Source of the DNA: Escherichia coli
GTDB lineage: Bacteria; Pseudomonadota; Gammaproteobacteria; Enterobacterales; Enterobacteriaceae
Length of the DNA: 64,000 bases
Assembly: GCA_029351405.1 (NCBI GenBank)
Contig: GCA_029351405.1_4841.1
Direction: 5' to 3' (one strand)
Under the pieces are notes generated by a model, which saw nothing but the letters and a program-made list of their open reading frames with translations, was not told the origin of the DNA and searched no databases. The translations under genes were made by a program, and so were the position numbers. Shown piece by piece: positions 16,142 to 25,836 of this stretch (the stretch's first letter is position 1; each line of letters starts with the position of its first letter).

Positions 16142-16711
16142 ATGTCTCAATCTAAGGGTATCGCAACAGGTTGGATAGTTGGTTTGGCTTTGCTGGGTGT
16201 AGTGATTCTCGGCATCGGTACAGTCATCAGCTACTTCAACGACTTCAACCGCACTGAGCAGCAGGTCAAGAAGTTCAACAAAGACTCCGAGAACTACCTG
16301 AGCAACTACACACTCAAAGTTCAAGAGACGGCGCAGATTCCTGACATGTATAAAGACGGCCTGAAGGAAGTGATCAAAGGCACGTTCGAAGGGCGTTATG
16401 GTGCTGATGGTTCCAAGGCCGTCATGCAGTGGATCCAGGAGCAGAATATTCAGTTCGATTCCAGCCTGTACAAAGAGATCCAGGTGGTGATCAGTTCTGG
16501 GCGTGATGAATTCCGCATCAGCCAGACCAAGAAGCTGGATATCTGCACAATATACGAAACCAAGCTGGCTCAGTTCCCTGGTTCGTTGATTGCTGGCATG
16601 TTCGGCTACCCGCGTATCGACCTTGACAAGACCTGCCAGGTGGTGAGCGATACCCGTACCCAGGCCGCGTTCGACGCTGGTATTCAGAAACCGATTAACT
16701 TCAAAGGCTGA
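16142..16711 (+). CDS. LemA-family protein
   Basis: 189 aa; N-terminal TM helix; C-terminal FPGSLIAGMFGYPRIDLD resembles the LemA FPxxxxAGMxGF motif; AAGAGGAAG RBS. Confidence 0.6.
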   Translation: MSQSKGIATGWIVGLALLGVVILGIGTVISYFNDFNRTEQQVKKFNKDSENYLSNYTLKVQETAQIPDMYKDGLKEVIKGTFEGRYGADGSKAVMQWIQEQNIQFDSSLYKEIQVVISSGRDEFRISQTKKLDICTIYETKLAQFPGSLIAGMFGYPRIDLDKTCQVVSDTRTQAAFDAGIQKPINFKG

Positions 16712-16715
16712 TGTC

Positions 16716-17129
16716 ATGAGCGTGAAACTCACTGAATCCCTGACACTGGACCAACAGCAGGCTCTGTTGGATGAGGTGGTGATCTCTGCTATCAAGCAAG
16801 GGATTATCAAAGACGACATGTTGATTGACCGCCCCGAGATGATCCATCATCTGGTGGTGTGCCTGGGTGAGGCCAGCAACCCTCGCAAGAAGATCGTGCT
16901 GTTTACTGATGGTGTGATCCTTCCGAGCGGGAAATGTGCGTTCTTGGATGTGGTTGAACATCCGAACACGAAAGGCAAAGAGGTCAAGACTTCTGTTCCG
17001 GTGACCCCATACACCGAGGGTGTTGACCAGCTGTCTTGGTTTGAAACAATCAACACCATTTATGTGATGGCACCGGACGGTAAACCAGTTCGGGATCTAC
17101 GAGGCGGGAAAGTAGAATCTGAAGTCTAA
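16716..17129 (+). CDS. hypothetical protein (137 aa)
   Basis: ORF closely following the LemA-like gene; followed by a terminator. Confidence 0.5.
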   Translation: MSVKLTESLTLDQQQALLDEVVISAIKQGIIKDDMLIDRPEMIHHLVVCLGEASNPRKKIVLFTDGVILPSGKCAFLDVVEHPNTKGKEVKTSVPVTPYTEGVDQLSWFETINTIYVMAPDGKPVRDLRGGKVESEV

Positions 17130-17144
17130 TCGTTCTTCAATAAA

Positions 17145-17178
17145 AGGGGATAGGGTATCATTGCTCTATCCCCTTTTT
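17145..17178 (+). terminator. Rho-independent terminator
   Basis: Hairpin GGGGATAG-(12 nt)-CTATCCCC followed by TTTTT; TTCAATAAA motif immediately upstream. Confidence 0.65.
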
Positions 17179-17241
17179 CGTGGACAGGAACATGACAGAC
17201 AAGCCAAGAAAGATGAAGAACAAACGCCGGAGCAAACGCTG

Positions 17242-17697
17242 ATGACTACCAAACCAACTTATGAAGAACTGGCGCAGACCGTTCTGACCTTCGACAGCAC
17301 CCTGAAGAATCTTTACAAGGTGCTAGGAAATAACCCGACTTCAGAGTCAGGAGAAACAGTTAATCTTCTGTTACTGATGAACCCTCTGTGGGATATTGAT
17401 GCCATTGTTACTGCCCTGAAAGATCCTGGGGCAAAGGAGCCGGAGCCAACCCCTGTATCCACTGGGATTCAGAATTATCTGGAGAACTTTGATGAGTACT
17501 CCTTCACCAATCTGCTCCTGCGTGATATGATCAACACAGAACGCCGTCGCCAGGGAAAGAACTACCCTGTGGTCCAGTCTGATGAAGAAATCGAGCAGAG
17601 TGTTCGAGAAGATCTGAACAGCACCTACTCGCCGATCGATCTGGCTGTGATGATTGTTCAGGCACTGTCCTACGCCGCCAAAGGAGAAACGAAATGA
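17242..17697 (+). CDS. hypothetical protein (151 aa)
   Basis: Start set at MTTKPT (ATG 17242, GGAG RBS); the track ORF start at 17161 lies inside the terminator hairpin. Confidence 0.45.
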   Translation: MTTKPTYEELAQTVLTFDSTLKNLYKVLGNNPTSESGETVNLLLLMNPLWDIDAIVTALKDPGAKEPEPTPVSTGIQNYLENFDEYSFTNLLLRDMINTERRRQGKNYPVVQSDEEIEQSVREDLNSTYSPIDLAVMIVQALSYAAKGETK

Positions 17698-17897
17698 AGC
17701 CCAAGATGTCCTCAGTAGCGCTGGCCGCAGCTTTGGCTCTATCGGAAAGTGTTGCTCTTTCATCACACCGTGGCGAGTTTTGGACAGAACGCTATACCAA
17801 CTATGAAGGTCCAGGCATGCCAGGGCATGGTCGCCCATCTGTAACCCGCAAGAAGAAGGCGAAGACCCATGGAAAGAACAAGCGCAAACGTAAGTGA
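17694..17897 (+). CDS. small protein with hydrophobic N-terminus and Lys/Arg-rich tail (67 aa)
   Basis: ATGA overlap with the upstream gene; ends KKKAKTHGKNKRKRK. Confidence 0.4.
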   Translation: MKPKMSSVALAAALALSESVALSSHRGEFWTERYTNYEGPGMPGHGRPSVTRKKKAKTHGKNKRKRK

Positions 17898-18038
17898 GGA
17901 GCGCCTGAAGGATCTTTCTGCAGGCACTCCAAAGTTGGCCAGATCATGGGTGATGTTTGATGACCGACGAGATAATCTTCCTTCGAGCAGAGGTCGCTCG
18001 ATTAAGTAAAACCGAACCCAAAAAGTAGAGGATATGTT

Positions 18039-18386
18039 ATGAGTTCTATTGAACAGCTGATCACCCCACAGTATGTGTACTCCAACATTGTTGAGCACCT
18101 GCGCTCACAGTTGAACGTGGGAACCCTGAACAGCACTGACCTGAAAGATCTACAAATCGTTAAAGTCGAAGTGGCGGCCTTTGGTTCTCGATATCACTTC
18201 AATGTGGAATACACGCGTGTAGAAGAGCAGCAGTCCTCTATCATCGCGCTGGCTACTCCAGTCAACCCACGCAAAGAGCCTGTGTCGGTCACCCGCACCA
18301 TCATCGGCTATCTGGAAGAGAAGTTGGAACCTGGTGCCCAACGCCCAACATTCGACTTCCAGGCGCGATTTGCCACCGAAGATTGA
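18039..18386 (+). CDS. hypothetical protein (115 aa)
   Basis: ORF followed by a strong terminator. Confidence 0.45.
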   Translation: MSSIEQLITPQYVYSNIVEHLRSQLNVGTLNSTDLKDLQIVKVEVAAFGSRYHFNVEYTRVEEQQSSIIALATPVNPRKEPVSVTRTIIGYLEEKLEPGAQRPTFDFQARFATED

Positions 18387-18394
18387 TCTGAACA

Positions 18395-18418
18395 AAGCCC
18401 TCAGCCGAGGGCTTTTTC
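18395..18418 (+). terminator. Rho-independent terminator
   Basis: Hairpin AGCCCTC-(AGCC)-GAGGGCT followed by TTTTT. Confidence 0.7.
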
Positions 18419-18492
18419 AATTGAAGACACCCACCGTATTATACCCACTCAACCAATATGTTCCCCTTTGACATTGATAGGATTTCTATACT

Positions 18493-21249
18493 ATGAAAAT
18501 GCGCAAGTCCGAGCACTTTATCCGCTCGTCGTCTTCCATTCAGGGACAGGCGTTCAACGTGAAGATGAACGATAAGATGTTTGAGACTCTGTTCTCATCA
18601 TTGTATCGTTACAAAGAGGCTGCAGCCCTGCGCGAAACCGTCTGTAACGCCATCGACTCCCATGGCATGCGTGATCGTATGCACCGTGTGATGGCATCCC
18701 ACTACGCGCCTCTCACTCCGCCTCCTGCCCGCCATAGCAAATACCTTGCACCGAAGGGTAAGCAGGTTGTTGTGCATCTACCTGATGACTTTGAACCATG
18801 GCTGGAAATCCGTGATTACGGTATCGGCCTGCCACTTGAGAAGATCATTGGCGAGCCTATCCCAGCGCAGGAAGATGAGGTGCTGCTGGAAGGCAACATG
18901 GTGGTCAAGGAAGATGAGATCCCTGACTCAGCTGAGGTCATCGGCGTGCCTGCGTTCTATAATGGTGGTCTAGTGTTCCGTCGCGAAGATGGTGAAATCA
19001 TTCGTACGCCTGGGTTGTATACCACTCTCTTCCACAGTACGAAGGAAGAAGATGATGATCAGATTGGGGCATTCGGTCTTGGCTCCAAATCACCATTTGC
19101 GGTATCGGATTCGTTCACAGTGGAAAGCCGCATGGACGGTAAACTCCATCGCTTCCTGATGTACCTGAATGCCAAGCGTATCCCGACTGTTGATCTGATC
19201 ACCAAAGATCTTGAAACCCGTGATCCTAAGCCGGAAGACACCGATGAGTTCAACGGCATGACGGTGAAGATCCCGGTGAAGAACGCTCGTTTCTCTGCAT
19301 TCTCCGATGAACTGGTCCGTCTTGGTCGTGTTATGCGCCCTGAACAACGTCCAATTGTTGAGAACGCTTCATACCGCTTCAGCTGGGAAGATATCAGTTA
19401 TGATTTCAAGGTCAACAACACGTACATCCAGCCGAAAGGCCAGGGGAACACCCACTACGCTGTGATGGGCGGCGTGTCATACCCGATTGACCTGGACCAG
19501 CTGGACCCGGACACTGCTTCCATCATGAGCAAGTTTCCATCGTCCTATACGTTCTTCGAACTCGGCTCGCTGAACGTACCACCGTCGCGTGAAGACCTTT
19601 CATATGACGAATTCACGCGTGAGACGCTCTCTGAGGAGTTTAAGGGCACCGCCAATGCAATCTTGACAGAAAAGATGCGTGACCTAGAGCTGGCGTGTAA
19701 GCGCGGTCCTCTTGCCCTGTATATGGAGAAGGCAAAACTGAGCGAAATGTTCGGTAGTGGATTCCGCAAGATGGTTGAAAAGGAATACCCGGCTGACAAG
19801 CGCTTCCACGATTCATATTACCGTTATCCGCTGCCTGTTGAGATTGATCGCGATTATGACCATACCGCGCCGTTCAATGAGCTGTCATCGCCGTTCTCTA
19901 TGGAGATCTTCTATGACTGGGGTGAGTCCAGTACCCTGACCATTTCAGAAATCCAGAAGTGGATTGATCGCGGTCAGCATGTTACTGTGGTGATCGAAGA
20001 TAGTGTTCGTGCTCGTAACCTGAAGATCAAGCAACTGAAAGATACAGGGACGATAGTCATCGTGGCCAAGCCGAACACATCCTATGTCACCAAGCGCAAC
20101 CAATCTAAGGACAACCCTGCGTTCAAGAATTCTCAGGCTCTCTATGATTTCTTTGAAACTTGGATTGGTAAAGAAGAAACGACGGTTGATTATCTGTGCT
20201 TCGCTGACAAGTTCGTCGATTGGCTGAGTGCGGTGCTGGAGCCTGCTGAAGTTAAGTTCATGAACGAACTGACGTATGTCACGCCCCCGGTCACCAAAGA
20301 CCCTGGCATGTTTCCGTTCACGCGCAGCAACTTCGACATATACCAGTATGAAGAACTGACGGGCGACCAGATCTCAGATATCATCAACAAGGGCGAGCGC
20401 ATCGTCTATATTGAGGTGTCTGGCCATGCGTGTATCCATCAGGTGATGGACAGAACGTTGACGACTGCGGCGGCGCGGGGTATTCGTAAATCTCTGTATG
20501 AGCACGCAGTCAGTGTCGACGATGAAGGCAAGCCAGTGTACATCAGCGACATGCTGAACGTTCACAACCGAATCTTCCTGGCTCGTCGTAAATCCGTGCC
20601 AATGATGAAGAAGTTCCCAGAGGTCTTCATACCGATCGATGAAATCCTGAAGATCATGTTGGAAAACGTGAAGCCTATGATGGAGCGCGATAGCGCCAGG
20701 CGCATACTGGAATCATACCGCCGCATGCGCCTTGGGGCGGATCGATTAAAATACGGGAGTCGTCTGGTTCACCAGGCGTTTGGTGATGTTGAAGACGATC
20801 GTTATGGCAAATTAGTCAGCCGTTACAACAAGTTAATGAAAGTCGTGGACGATATCTTGGATGAGCAGACTGTACGTCATTACCAAAGCCTGGCGAAAGC
20901 CCCGGTTTCAATCAATGACAAGCGTCGCTTTAGCCATTTCCAGGACACAATACATTCTCTTAACGTGAATTTGTACGCCAACGATCGTGACGAAAAGATC
21001 TTCCGTTCAGAACATCAGATGTTACAGATCTTTGAATGCGCTTCGGATGTGTTGCGGTCTCATGGATTTACACCGTTTGATATATCGAGGACTCCGTCAT
21101 TGAAAGCAAGGCGGGAAAACCGATTGACCATCGAGCGTCATCGTGTTGTCCGGTTCTTGAAAGAGAATTACAAACCAAGCGCCCTGAACCCGATTGAAAA
21201 TTCTTCGGATTACTTGGACGTTATTTCAAATTCCATTATCAGGGCATAA
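18493..21249 (+). CDS. rIIA: rIIA-like protein
   Basis: 918 aa; CNAIDSH and [21 protein letters not shown] parallel T4 rIIA TNMIDAH and [21 protein letters not shown]; directly upstream of the rIIB homolog. Confidence 0.85.
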   Translation: [918 protein letters not shown]

Positions 21250-21280
21250 TAGTCCTGTTAACCAACGTGGGAACTACAAG

Positions 21281-22846
21281 ATGAACAAGATTGAAGAAAA
21301 TATCCTGAAGCATTTGAAGGAAGGCAAAAGTCAGAGCGCAATTGCTACTCTGTTGGGCATACCCCGCTCGACTGTACAACGCGTTTCCGACACGGAACTC
21401 GGTGTTGACCCTACTTCGCTGAAATCTCTGACAACAGATCAGATCGCCAATATCCAAAGGGATTCGGCGGCAGGTAATGTCAGCAATGCATTCTTGGCCA
21501 AGGTGTACGGTGTGTCCGCCAAGACGATCGCCCGTGCCCTGTTGGTCCGCATTACCGAGGAGAAAAACAAGGTAACTGTGATCTCTCCTATCAAGCCGGA
21601 AGAGCAGGAAGTATTCGAGGTCCAACCGGGCGGCACGGCCAAAGACAAAGATGGCACAGAATGGTATGTTGGGGCATATCTACCGAACCACAACAAGTAT
21701 CTGTGTCTCACTAACGACGGCAATTTCAAAGGGGCTTTCTTTGAAAAGTCTGAATTGACTCCTGTGGAAGGTGATAGTCGCGCTTTCGATGTTGAAGCTA
21801 TCGGCGAGATGGCAGAAATTTCTGTGGCACTGTCAGAAGGTGCGGACAAAGTTCCGAGCAACGTTGAAATCAGCGTTGTGGTTGACGGGGAAACCTATCC
21901 TATCCGTGGATCCTTGGATGCCCGTCGCCGTGTTGGTTACTTTGATGGCATCCTCGGTCGCACCCTGCGTCTGGCTCTGTCTTCTGTAGAATTCACCGTC
22001 GCTGTCAAAGACGTTGAAGAAGTGGCTGATGACAAGAAGACCAAGCAGGACTTCGGTGCGAAAGACCTGGACGTGTTCCTGAACGAACACCAGATCCTGA
22101 TTCTGCCTGACAGCGTTGTTATCGCGATTGACGGTAAGCCGGAAACGATCACCACTTCACACCCGGCCTACGACCGCATCGTACAGGCGATCAAAGACAA
22201 AGACGTGAAGCTGGCCTACTCGCTGATGCGACCTCGTGAAGCCATCGCGAAGTACGCTGCTGGTCTGGTAGACGTGTCTGACAACCGTGTCCGCTGGTCC
22301 GGTCATGACATCACAGGCACATCCATCGCCAAGCGTGTACTGGCGCTGATGCTGAAGGGTGACTTCCACAATCTGGACCGCATGGCGAAGTTTATGGACA
22401 AAATGTTCCAGAACCCGTCAGCTTCTCTGGTTCAGTCCGGGCGCATCTATGAGTTCATGGCTTACTCTGACATCGAAATTGACGACGATGGTGACATCAT
22501 CCTCTACAAATCGGTGCGCGGCAACTACATGGACAAGCACAGCAACACGATCAGCAACGCCCCAGGCACTATCGTGCGGATGGCTCGCTCATTCGTGAAC
22601 GACAACAACTCTGAACTGTGTTCATACGGTTTGCACGTTTGCTCCCTGGCCTACCTGAAGGAGTGTTTCGGTTCTGTGGGACAGCGTGTCGTTCGCTGTA
22701 AGCTGAACCCGCGTGACATCGTGTCGGTCACCGATGATTTTGGTTCAAGCAAAATCCGCTGCTGTGAATACCTGGTGTTGGATGACTACACTGCTGAGTA
22801 CAACCGCCAGCACAAGTCTATTGACGTGACAGGTCTTTACAAGTAA
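21281..22846 (+). CDS. rIIB: rIIB-like protein
   Basis: C-terminus CSYGLHVCS...RVVRCKLNPRDIVSV...CCEYLV parallels T4 rIIB CSRGLHVCS...RVVKVKVHPRDVVSI...CQYEV; N-terminal HTH-like SQSAIATLLGIPRSTVQRV; start set at MNKIEEN. Confidence 0.8.
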   Translation: MNKIEENILKHLKEGKSQSAIATLLGIPRSTVQRVSDTELGVDPTSLKSLTTDQIANIQRDSAAGNVSNAFLAKVYGVSAKTIARALLVRITEEKNKVTVISPIKPEEQEVFEVQPGGTAKDKDGTEWYVGAYLPNHNKYLCLTNDGNFKGAFFEKSELTPVEGDSRAFDVEAIGEMAEISVALSEGADKVPSNVEISVVVDGETYPIRGSLDARRRVGYFDGILGRTLRLALSSVEFTVAVKDVEEVADDKKTKQDFGAKDLDVFLNEHQILILPDSVVIAIDGKPETITTSHPAYDRIVQAIKDKDVKLAYSLMRPREAIAKYAAGLVDVSDNRVRWSGHDITGTSIAKRVLALMLKGDFHNLDRMAKFMDKMFQNPSASLVQSGRIYEFMAYSDIEIDDDGDIILYKSVRGNYMDKHSNTISNAPGTIVRMARSFVNDNNSELCSYGLHVCSLAYLKECFGSVGQRVVRCKLNPRDIVSVTDDFGSSKIRCCEYLVLDDYTAEYNRQHKSIDVTGLYK

Positions 22847-22863
22847 CCAAACCCCATCCACCA

Positions 22864-22887
22864 AGGAGGCTCCGGCCTCCTTTCAGT
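22864..22887 (+). terminator. Terminator-like hairpin after rIIB
   Basis: AGGAGGC-(TCCG)-GCCTCCT followed by TTCAGTT (weak T-run); same stem-loop core as the hairpin at 24975. Confidence 0.45.
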
Positions 22888-23070
22888 TCGAAGGCGAGAC
22901 CAGAGAATACTCCCACAAGAACTTTCCTCCCCGTGAAGTTCATGACCAACAGTTCGTGAAATTGTTCTGTCGCTGTGGTGGTTGCGACTTCACAGATGAT
23001 GGTTACGCAATGCACGTATACTGCTGCAATTGCTGTGGTAAATACGTAACAGTCTATAGGAGAACCAAAC

Positions 23071-23496
23071 ATGGCGAAGAAACCTGAAGTCAAGAAAGTT
23101 GAAATTAAAACCGAAGCCCCAGTCGATGACATCCAGGCGAAGGAGGAAGGTGTGTTGCCTACCTACCTACAACGCGCCATCGATAATATCCCTCCAGGGG
23201 GAGACGGAGGCGTCGTCTACGCTGGCGGGTACGGTTGGGTGTGCGAATACCAAGACGGCACGAAGGAACTCCTCCAGGAGCTTCCAGGGCTGGCTGCGAC
23301 CCTCAAGCGTTATGGTCGCGACAAGTTCGGCAAGCCGTTTGAAACCGGGGCTGTGATTGAAACCAACATCACAGCCGAGACTCTGAACCTGTTGGGGGTT
23401 GACGATCTCAAGTTGTTGGCTGCGCCGCTGGGTATCACAGAAGAAGATCGCATTCAGCTGATTGCGAAGCTGATCGAAAAATTGCAGATTAAATAA
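23071..23496 (+). CDS. hypothetical protein (141 aa)
   Basis: GGAGAA RBS; Lys/Glu-rich N-terminus. Confidence 0.5.
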   Translation: MAKKPEVKKVEIKTEAPVDDIQAKEEGVLPTYLQRAIDNIPPGGDGGVVYAGGYGWVCEYQDGTKELLQELPGLAATLKRYGRDKFGKPFETGAVIETNITAETLNLLGVDDLKLLAAPLGITEEDRIQLIAKLIEKLQIK

Positions 23497-23526
23497 GCCG
23501 ACGTACAACAGCTGAACTTATTCAAT

Positions 23527-23919
23527 ATGCCTATCGTTGACGAAAGCAACTTGATGGATTATGCACTGAGGCATTATATTGTAGATTCTGTCTCGTGGGA
23601 TGAACTGCTGGTAGACATTCAGCGGATTTCGCTAATTAATCAATCATTGAAGAGATTTGTCCCTGGTAAGAGTCCTCGGTTGATTCTCAATCAATTGATT
23701 ACTGTCTTCAATACGTTCGAAACAGAGGCCGCTTGCCGCATGCTCGTTTTGAAGGTGGATAAGCCCCAGTTGCCACGCCTCAAGGCTGCTTTGTTGACAT
23801 TAGGCGTATGGCGCGATGATTTATGTTCCGGTTCATACGAACCAGATAATGAGCTGATGATGGCTCTGAACAACGATTTGGATGAGTGGAGGAAACCATG
23901 CCAACGATCACTGTATTAG
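23527..23919 (+). CDS. hypothetical protein (130 aa)
   Basis: ORF in the operon; no motif recognised. Confidence 0.45.
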   Translation: MPIVDESNLMDYALRHYIVDSVSWDELLVDIQRISLINQSLKRFVPGKSPRLILNQLITVFNTFETEAACRMLVLKVDKPQLPRLKAALLTLGVWRDDLCSGSYEPDNELMMALNNDLDEWRKPCQRSLY

Positions 23920-24707
23920 TAGCACCGGAAGTTGTTCGCAACAAACCGGAAACTGAGCGTCTTCACACTGTAACAGGTACTGCTCGTGGTTGGGAAAAGA
24001 CCAGTCTTAACCAAGACCCAGACGAGATCCTGACTGAGTGTAAAGGTCTGGATGCACTGCTGACCAAGAGCAATTTGCAGGCCGATGGCGTCACCAAAGT
24101 GGATCCAACCAAGCCCGTTGGCTTCCAGCTGTCTTATGAAATCCACGACCCAAGCGCTGTGCTGACCACTGGCCTGACCATCACCCCTGAAACTGCTAAT
24201 GGTGAAGTCGGTCAGGTTGTTGAACTGAAGGCGGCCGTCGCTCCGGAGAACGCGACCTACCAGGGTGTCAACTGGTACTCTGGCGATCTGACCAAAGCTG
24301 TGCACATCGGTGGTGGTAAATTCAAGCTGCTGGCGCCGGGTTCAGTGACTGTTTACGGTGTAACCATCGAAGGTGACCACACTGACTCTACCGTCATCAC
24401 AGTGGCTGGTGCTCTGTCTCTGTCTACCGATCTGGCCGCTTCTCAGGATGTAACAACAGGTGAATCCGCAACCTTCACCATCGCTGCTACAGGCGGCACT
24501 ACCCCATACACACATACTTGGTACTTCTCTGATGTCCCTGGTGGTGAAGGTGAGGTGATCGATGCTGGCACTAACCCCACTGCTGCAACTGCGAGCCTGG
24601 TTATCACTGCAGTTGCTGCCGAAAACGAGGGTGAGTACTGGTGTGTTGTTGAAGACGCTGACGGCCACTCTGTGACCTCTACTCGTTGCGAAATGGCTGC
24701 GGTCTAA
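23898..24707 (+). CDS. Ig-like domain-containing protein (BIG2-like plus I-set-like)
   Basis: Start set at MPTITV (ATG 23898, GGAGGA RBS); segments ATYQGVNWYSGDL...GSVTVYGVT and TFTIAATGG...GEYWCVVEDADGHSVTS resemble Ig-like domains. Confidence 0.55.
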   Translation: MPTITVLVAPEVVRNKPETERLHTVTGTARGWEKTSLNQDPDEILTECKGLDALLTKSNLQADGVTKVDPTKPVGFQLSYEIHDPSAVLTTGLTITPETANGEVGQVVELKAAVAPENATYQGVNWYSGDLTKAVHIGGGKFKLLAPGSVTVYGVTIEGDHTDSTVITVAGALSLSTDLAASQDVTTGESATFTIAATGGTTPYTHTWYFSDVPGGEGEVIDAGTNPTAATASLVITAVAAENEGEYWCVVEDADGHSVTSTRCEMAAV

Positions 24708-24709
24708 TC

Positions 24710-24943
24710 ATGAAAGGCTTCCAGGACTTCCTTGAAGACTCGGCAGCCCCTGGAACCACGACCGCCGATGTGGGGAAACCCGAAGGCGGTATGGTGAAAG
24801 AGCCTGTCAAGAAGCCCAAGGATCTTGAGGAAGAACAAGAGCAGACCTCCTTCCAAAAGATCTTTGGAAACATCTTCAAAGACCTCGACCTGAAGAATGC
24901 GCGAAAGTGGAACTTCAGGACAGGCAAATATGAAGAGGAATGA
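24710..24943 (+). CDS. hypothetical small protein (77 aa)
   Basis: Start set at MKGFQDF (ATG 24710) just after the upstream stop. Confidence 0.4.
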   Translation: MKGFQDFLEDSAAPGTTTADVGKPEGGMVKEPVKKPKDLEEEQEQTSFQKIFGNIFKDLDLKNARKWNFRTGKYEEE

Positions 24944-24974
24944 GCCATGAACGCGATGATCATGGGTTAACAAA

Positions 24975-24995
24975 AGAGGCTCCGGCCTCTTTTTC
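24975..24995 (+). terminator. Rho-independent terminator
   Basis: Hairpin AGAGGC-(TCCG)-GCCTCT followed by TTTT. Confidence 0.7.
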
Positions 24996-25018
24996 ATTTC
25001 CGGTATTCGGTGTATAAT
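24991..25018 (+). promoter_or_regulatory. candidate sigma70-type promoter
   Basis: TATAAT at 25013-25018 with TTTTCA 16 nt upstream; about 45 nt before the ATG at 25062. Confidence 0.35.
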
Positions 25019-25061
25019 GGACTCGTTCCCCATGAGCGGAACCTAACTGAGGATACACCAA

Positions 25062-25562
25062 ATGAAATCCATGGTCAAACGTAAAGTCGAAATCTCCCTG
25101 ACTGCCCATATTGAAATGGTCCAACAACTTATCCTGGATGCGTATGAAATCCAGAAAGATCGCCAATCGAGGGGAGGTGTGACGGACCCCACCTGTCCTG
25201 GAAACATACTGTACTATCGCATGCTGCGCCAGACTGGGCACACCGCCGCGCTGAAGAAGATTCTGTCCTATGATTTCCAGACAGAGAACAACCTCAACAT
25301 CATGGGTGTCTTCCATAGCGTTAGTGAACGCGATTCTTTCTTCCGCTCCCGAGCAGGTGCGGATGTATCATTGCCCGATGTAGACAAGAAACAGCACACG
25401 ACAACCATCTCCCATTACATGGGCACGGGCATCGATAAAGCAAACATCATCGTGTTCTCTGATACGTTGCATGACCCCAAGCGCCTTGCATCTGCGCATG
25501 AAATGCTGCGGGAAGGTCGCAGCGCCCTCACTAATTTGACTTTAGTAGTGTTTCTGGGCTAG
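25062..25562 (+). CDS. hypothetical protein (166 aa)
   Basis: GAGGAT RBS; first gene after the terminator/promoter pair. Confidence 0.5.
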   Translation: MKSMVKRKVEISLTAHIEMVQQLILDAYEIQKDRQSRGGVTDPTCPGNILYYRMLRQTGHTAALKKILSYDFQTENNLNIMGVFHSVSERDSFFRSRAGADVSLPDVDKKQHTTTISHYMGTGIDKANIIVFSDTLHDPKRLASAHEMLREGRSALTNLTLVVFLG

Positions 25563-25611
25563 ATAGTTACAGGGGAGTTTCCTCCCCTATTTCCCTAACA
25601 GGAGGTGCGCA

Positions 25612-25809
25612 ATGTACAAGTTCAGAATTAACAGAGAACGTAATTCGTTCAAATTCGGTGTAATCGCTGGGGTGTGTTTGTTCCTGGCGCTCGAAAGCGT
25701 TATCGGCCTGCTTACAACACCACAAATGCAGGTAACTCGTTACCTTCTTGCCATTATATTTTCTGTTGTCGGTTTACTCTGCTCCTATTTGGGGTGTGTG
25801 AAGAAATAA
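25612..25809 (+). CDS. small membrane protein (65 aa)
   Basis: Two hydrophobic helices; AGGAGG RBS. Confidence 0.4.
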   Translation: MYKFRINRERNSFKFGVIAGVCLFLALESVIGLLTTPQMQVTRYLLAIIFSVVGLLCSYLGCVKK

Positions 25810-25836
25810 ACTGGCTGCACACAGCAATACTTTGAT

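Noticed and set aside
18421-18492. Sigma70 promoter upstream of rIIA (TTGACA at 18468)
   Set aside because: The only -10 candidates at proper spacing overlap the start codon; no consistent -35/-10 pair.
22956-23082. Small Cys-rich GTG-start ORF (VKLFCRCGGC...CCNCCGK) between rIIB and the next gene
   Set aside because: No convincing RBS and it overlaps the downstream start; could be real but the evidence is too weak to annotate.
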